DNA of 64,000 nucleotides from Nemertoderma westbladi (lineage: Eukaryota; Animalia; Xenacoelomorpha). The stretch is from NCBI GenBank assembly GCA_032718475.1, contig JAUCBJ010002302.1:22655-86654 (forward strand), read 5' to 3'. The position numbers and the translations under genes are program-made. The notes under the pieces are model-generated. The model saw nothing but the letters and a program-made list of their open reading frames with translations, made no database searches and was not told the DNA's origin. Position 1 is the stretch's first letter. Each line of letters starts with the position of its first letter. Of this stretch, positions 61,179 to 64,000 are shown one piece after another.

Positions 61179-63241
61179 CATGCGTGATGTACCCTACATG
61201 AGTGGTGTACCGCATATGCGTGGTGTACCCCACATGCGTGATGTACCCCACATGAGTGATGTACCGCACATGCGTGGTGTACCCCACATGCGTGATGTAC
61301 CCCACATGAGTGATGTACCGCACATGCGTGGTGTACCCCACATGCGTGGTGTACCCCACTTGAGTGATGTACCGCACATGCGTGGTGTACCCCACATGCG
61401 TGATGTACCCCACATGAGTGATGTACCGCACATGCGTGGTGTACCCCACATGCGTGGTGTACCCCACTTGAGTGGTGTACCGCACATGCGTGGTGTACCC
61501 CACATGCGTGATGTACCCCACATGCGTGATGTACCCTACATGCGTGGTGTACCCCACTTGAGTGGTGTACCGCACATGCGTGGCGTACCCCACTTGAGTG
61601 GTGTACCCCACATGCGTGGTGTACCCCACATGCGTGGTGTACCCTACATGCGTGGTGTACCCCACTTGAGTGGTGTACCGCACATGCGTGGTGTACCCCA
61701 CATGCGTGATGTACCCCACATGCGTGATGTACCCAACATGAGTGGTGTACCGCACATGCGTGGTGTACCCCACATGCGTGGTGTACCCTACATGCGTGGT
61801 GTACCCCACTTGAGTGGTGTACCGCACATGCGTGGGTACCCCACTTGAGTGGTGTACCCCACATGCGTGGTGTACCCCACATGCGTGGTGTACCCCACAT
61901 GCGTGATGTACCCCACATGCGTGATATACCCAACATGAGTGGTGTACCGCACATGCGTGGTGTACCCCACATGCGTGATGTACCCCACATGAGTGATGTA
62001 CCGCACATGCGTGGTGTACCCCACATACGTGGTGTACCCTACATGCGTGGTGTACCCCACATGCGTGGTGTACCCCACATGCGTGGTGTACCCCACATGC
62101 GTGGTGTACCCCACTTGAGTGGTGTACCCTACATGCGTGATGTACCCAACATGAGTGGTGTACCGCACATGCGTGATGTACCGCACATGCGTGGTGTACC
62201 GCACATGAGTGATGTACCGCACATGCGTGGAGTACCCCACATGCGTGGTGTACCGCACATGAGTGATGTACCCTACATGCGTGGTGTACCCCACATGAGT
62301 GGTGTACCCCACATGAGTGATGTACCCCACATACGTGATGTACCCAACATGAGTGGTGTACCCCACATGCGTGGTGTACCGCACATGCGTGGTGTACCCC
62401 ACATGCGTGGTGTACCCTACATGCGTGGTGTACCCCACTTGAGTGGTGTACCGCACATGCGTGGTGTACCCCACTTGAGTGGTGTACCCCACATGCGTGG
62501 TGTACCCCACATGCGTGGTGTACCCCACATGCGTGATGTACCCCACATGCGTGATATACCCAACATGAGTGGTGTACCGCACATGCGTGGTGTACCCCAC
62601 ATGCGTGATGTACCCCACATGAGTGATGTACCGCACATGCGTGGTGTACCCCACATGCGTGGTGTACCCCACATGCGTGGTGTACCCCACATACGTGGTG
62701 TACCCTACATGCGTGGTGTACCCCACATGCGTGGTGTACCCCACATGCGTGGTGTACCCCACATGCGTGGTGTACCCCACTTGAGTGGTGTACCCTACAT
62801 GCGTGATGTACACAACATGAGTGGTGTACCGCACATGCGTGATGTACCGCACATGCGTGGTGTACCGCACATGAGTGATGTACCGCACATGCGTGGAGTA
62901 CCCCACATGCGTGGTGTACCGCACATGAGTGATGTACCCTACATGCGTGGTGTACCCCACATGAGTGGTGTACCCCACATGAGTGGTGTACCCCACATGA
63001 GTGATGTACCCCACATACGTGATGTACCCAACATGAGTGGTGTACCCCACATGCGTGGTGTACCCCACATGCGTGGTGTACCCTACATGCGTGGTGTACC
63101 CTACATGCGTGGTGTACCCCACATGAGTGGTGTACCGCACATGAGTGGTGTACCCCACATGAGTGGTGTACCGCACATGAATGGTGTACCCCACATGAGT
63201 GGTGTACCCCACATGAGTGGTGTACCCCACATGAGTGGTGC
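61179..63241 (+). repeat. 18 bp minisatellite (~115 copies) with higher-order block duplication
   Basis: unit cacatgcgtggtgtaccc with variants; diagnostic variants recur 630-666 bp apart (gtgatatacc at 61921 and 62551; ggagta at 62229 and 62895). Confidence 0.96.
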
Positions 63242-63546
63242 CAGATTTTACTTTTATTTTTTGTATAATTAGTTTGTTTTTTTATTTATTTAGGAACTTT
63301 TTTGCCGCCTAATTTATTTACAAAGCCTAATACATTTTGAATCATGTTGTCGTTGCTGTTAACTCTAAGGAACTAATTATTAAGGTACCGGCAAGCCGAC
63401 TTTAGAGAGGTTAATTCAACATTACAATAAGGTCTAAGTTGGGGACATCGACATCCCTCCTTGCTAAAGTGCATATCTTCTACAAATACAATAACTAAAT
63501 ATATTTCTGCCACTGGGGCCATCATGAGTAAAGCTATGCCTAAGGG

Positions 63547-64000
63547 CTAACCAACTACTAGGATCGGTATGCTGCATTGCAGCTGCATTTTTTTGAATGC
63601 TGTGCCGGCTTGTCGACAAAATTGCGCCGCCACAACTCCCTATCACCCATGACATTTTCTAAATCATCCGCATCTTCAAGGCCAGTGTCCTTTAAGATGC
63701 GTCTCAAGAAAGTCATGGGCTGTCCACCATGCTTATTCACTCCATGAGGCTGCCAAAGTACAAGATTATGCACTGGCTGGTCCTCACGGCAAAAGCAATG
63801 TCCTGCAAAGCGGAGGCGATTTTGTTCTAGTGTCAAGCTTAGGGGATCCAATGAGAAACCTCCAATGTTATATAGTGTCTGGTTGGAGATGTGTACATTG
63901 TACTTGACACAATGAACCCGGCGTAGCATTCTTGTGAATGTGCCATCCAGAGATTTGGTGTCCTCAGCAGTTAGAGCCCAGCATGAACTCCCATAGAGGA
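63547..64000 (-). mobile_element. 3' end of a second copy of the RTE-like LINE (runs off window)
   Basis: ORF 63558..63929 MLRRVHCVKYN...LRFAGHC...DLENVMGDRE nearly identical to 41452-41800; same gatcctagtag 3' end. Confidence 0.9.

Overview
Eukaryotic (metazoan-type) genomic DNA. A single + strand multi-exon gene of the centrosomin/CDK5RAP2/myomegalin family spans almost the whole window: 16 GT-AG exons from 1927 to 61146 that join in frame to about 1,699 codons, with an N-terminal CM1 (gamma-TuRC-binding) motif and long coiled coils; the gene runs off the right end. Its introns hold about 23 kb of unrelated tandem arrays (51, 32, ~39, 53, 13, 30, 48 and 18 bp units), two of which are amplified copies of the exon-end/splice-donor junction itself. 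The introns also hold fold-back MITE-like elements, a TIR element with AAAT TSD, decayed RTE-like LINE copies, and a young, intact 16.6 kb BEL/Pao LTR retrotransposon (43409-60007, - strand). The BEL element is the most unusual object. It has ~1.9 kb LTRs ending TA...TA instead of TG...CA and no TGG-type tRNA primer-binding site. The 11 nt next to the 5' LTR are exactly complementary to an 11-mer inside the LTR (Tf1-like self-priming geometry). Each LTR carries a tRNA-like Pol III cassette that can pair with the leader. It also has an extra triple-zinc-knuckle ORF after pol and a recurring ~17-nt motif in both coding and non-coding parts. All calls were made by eye; no searches or alignments were run.
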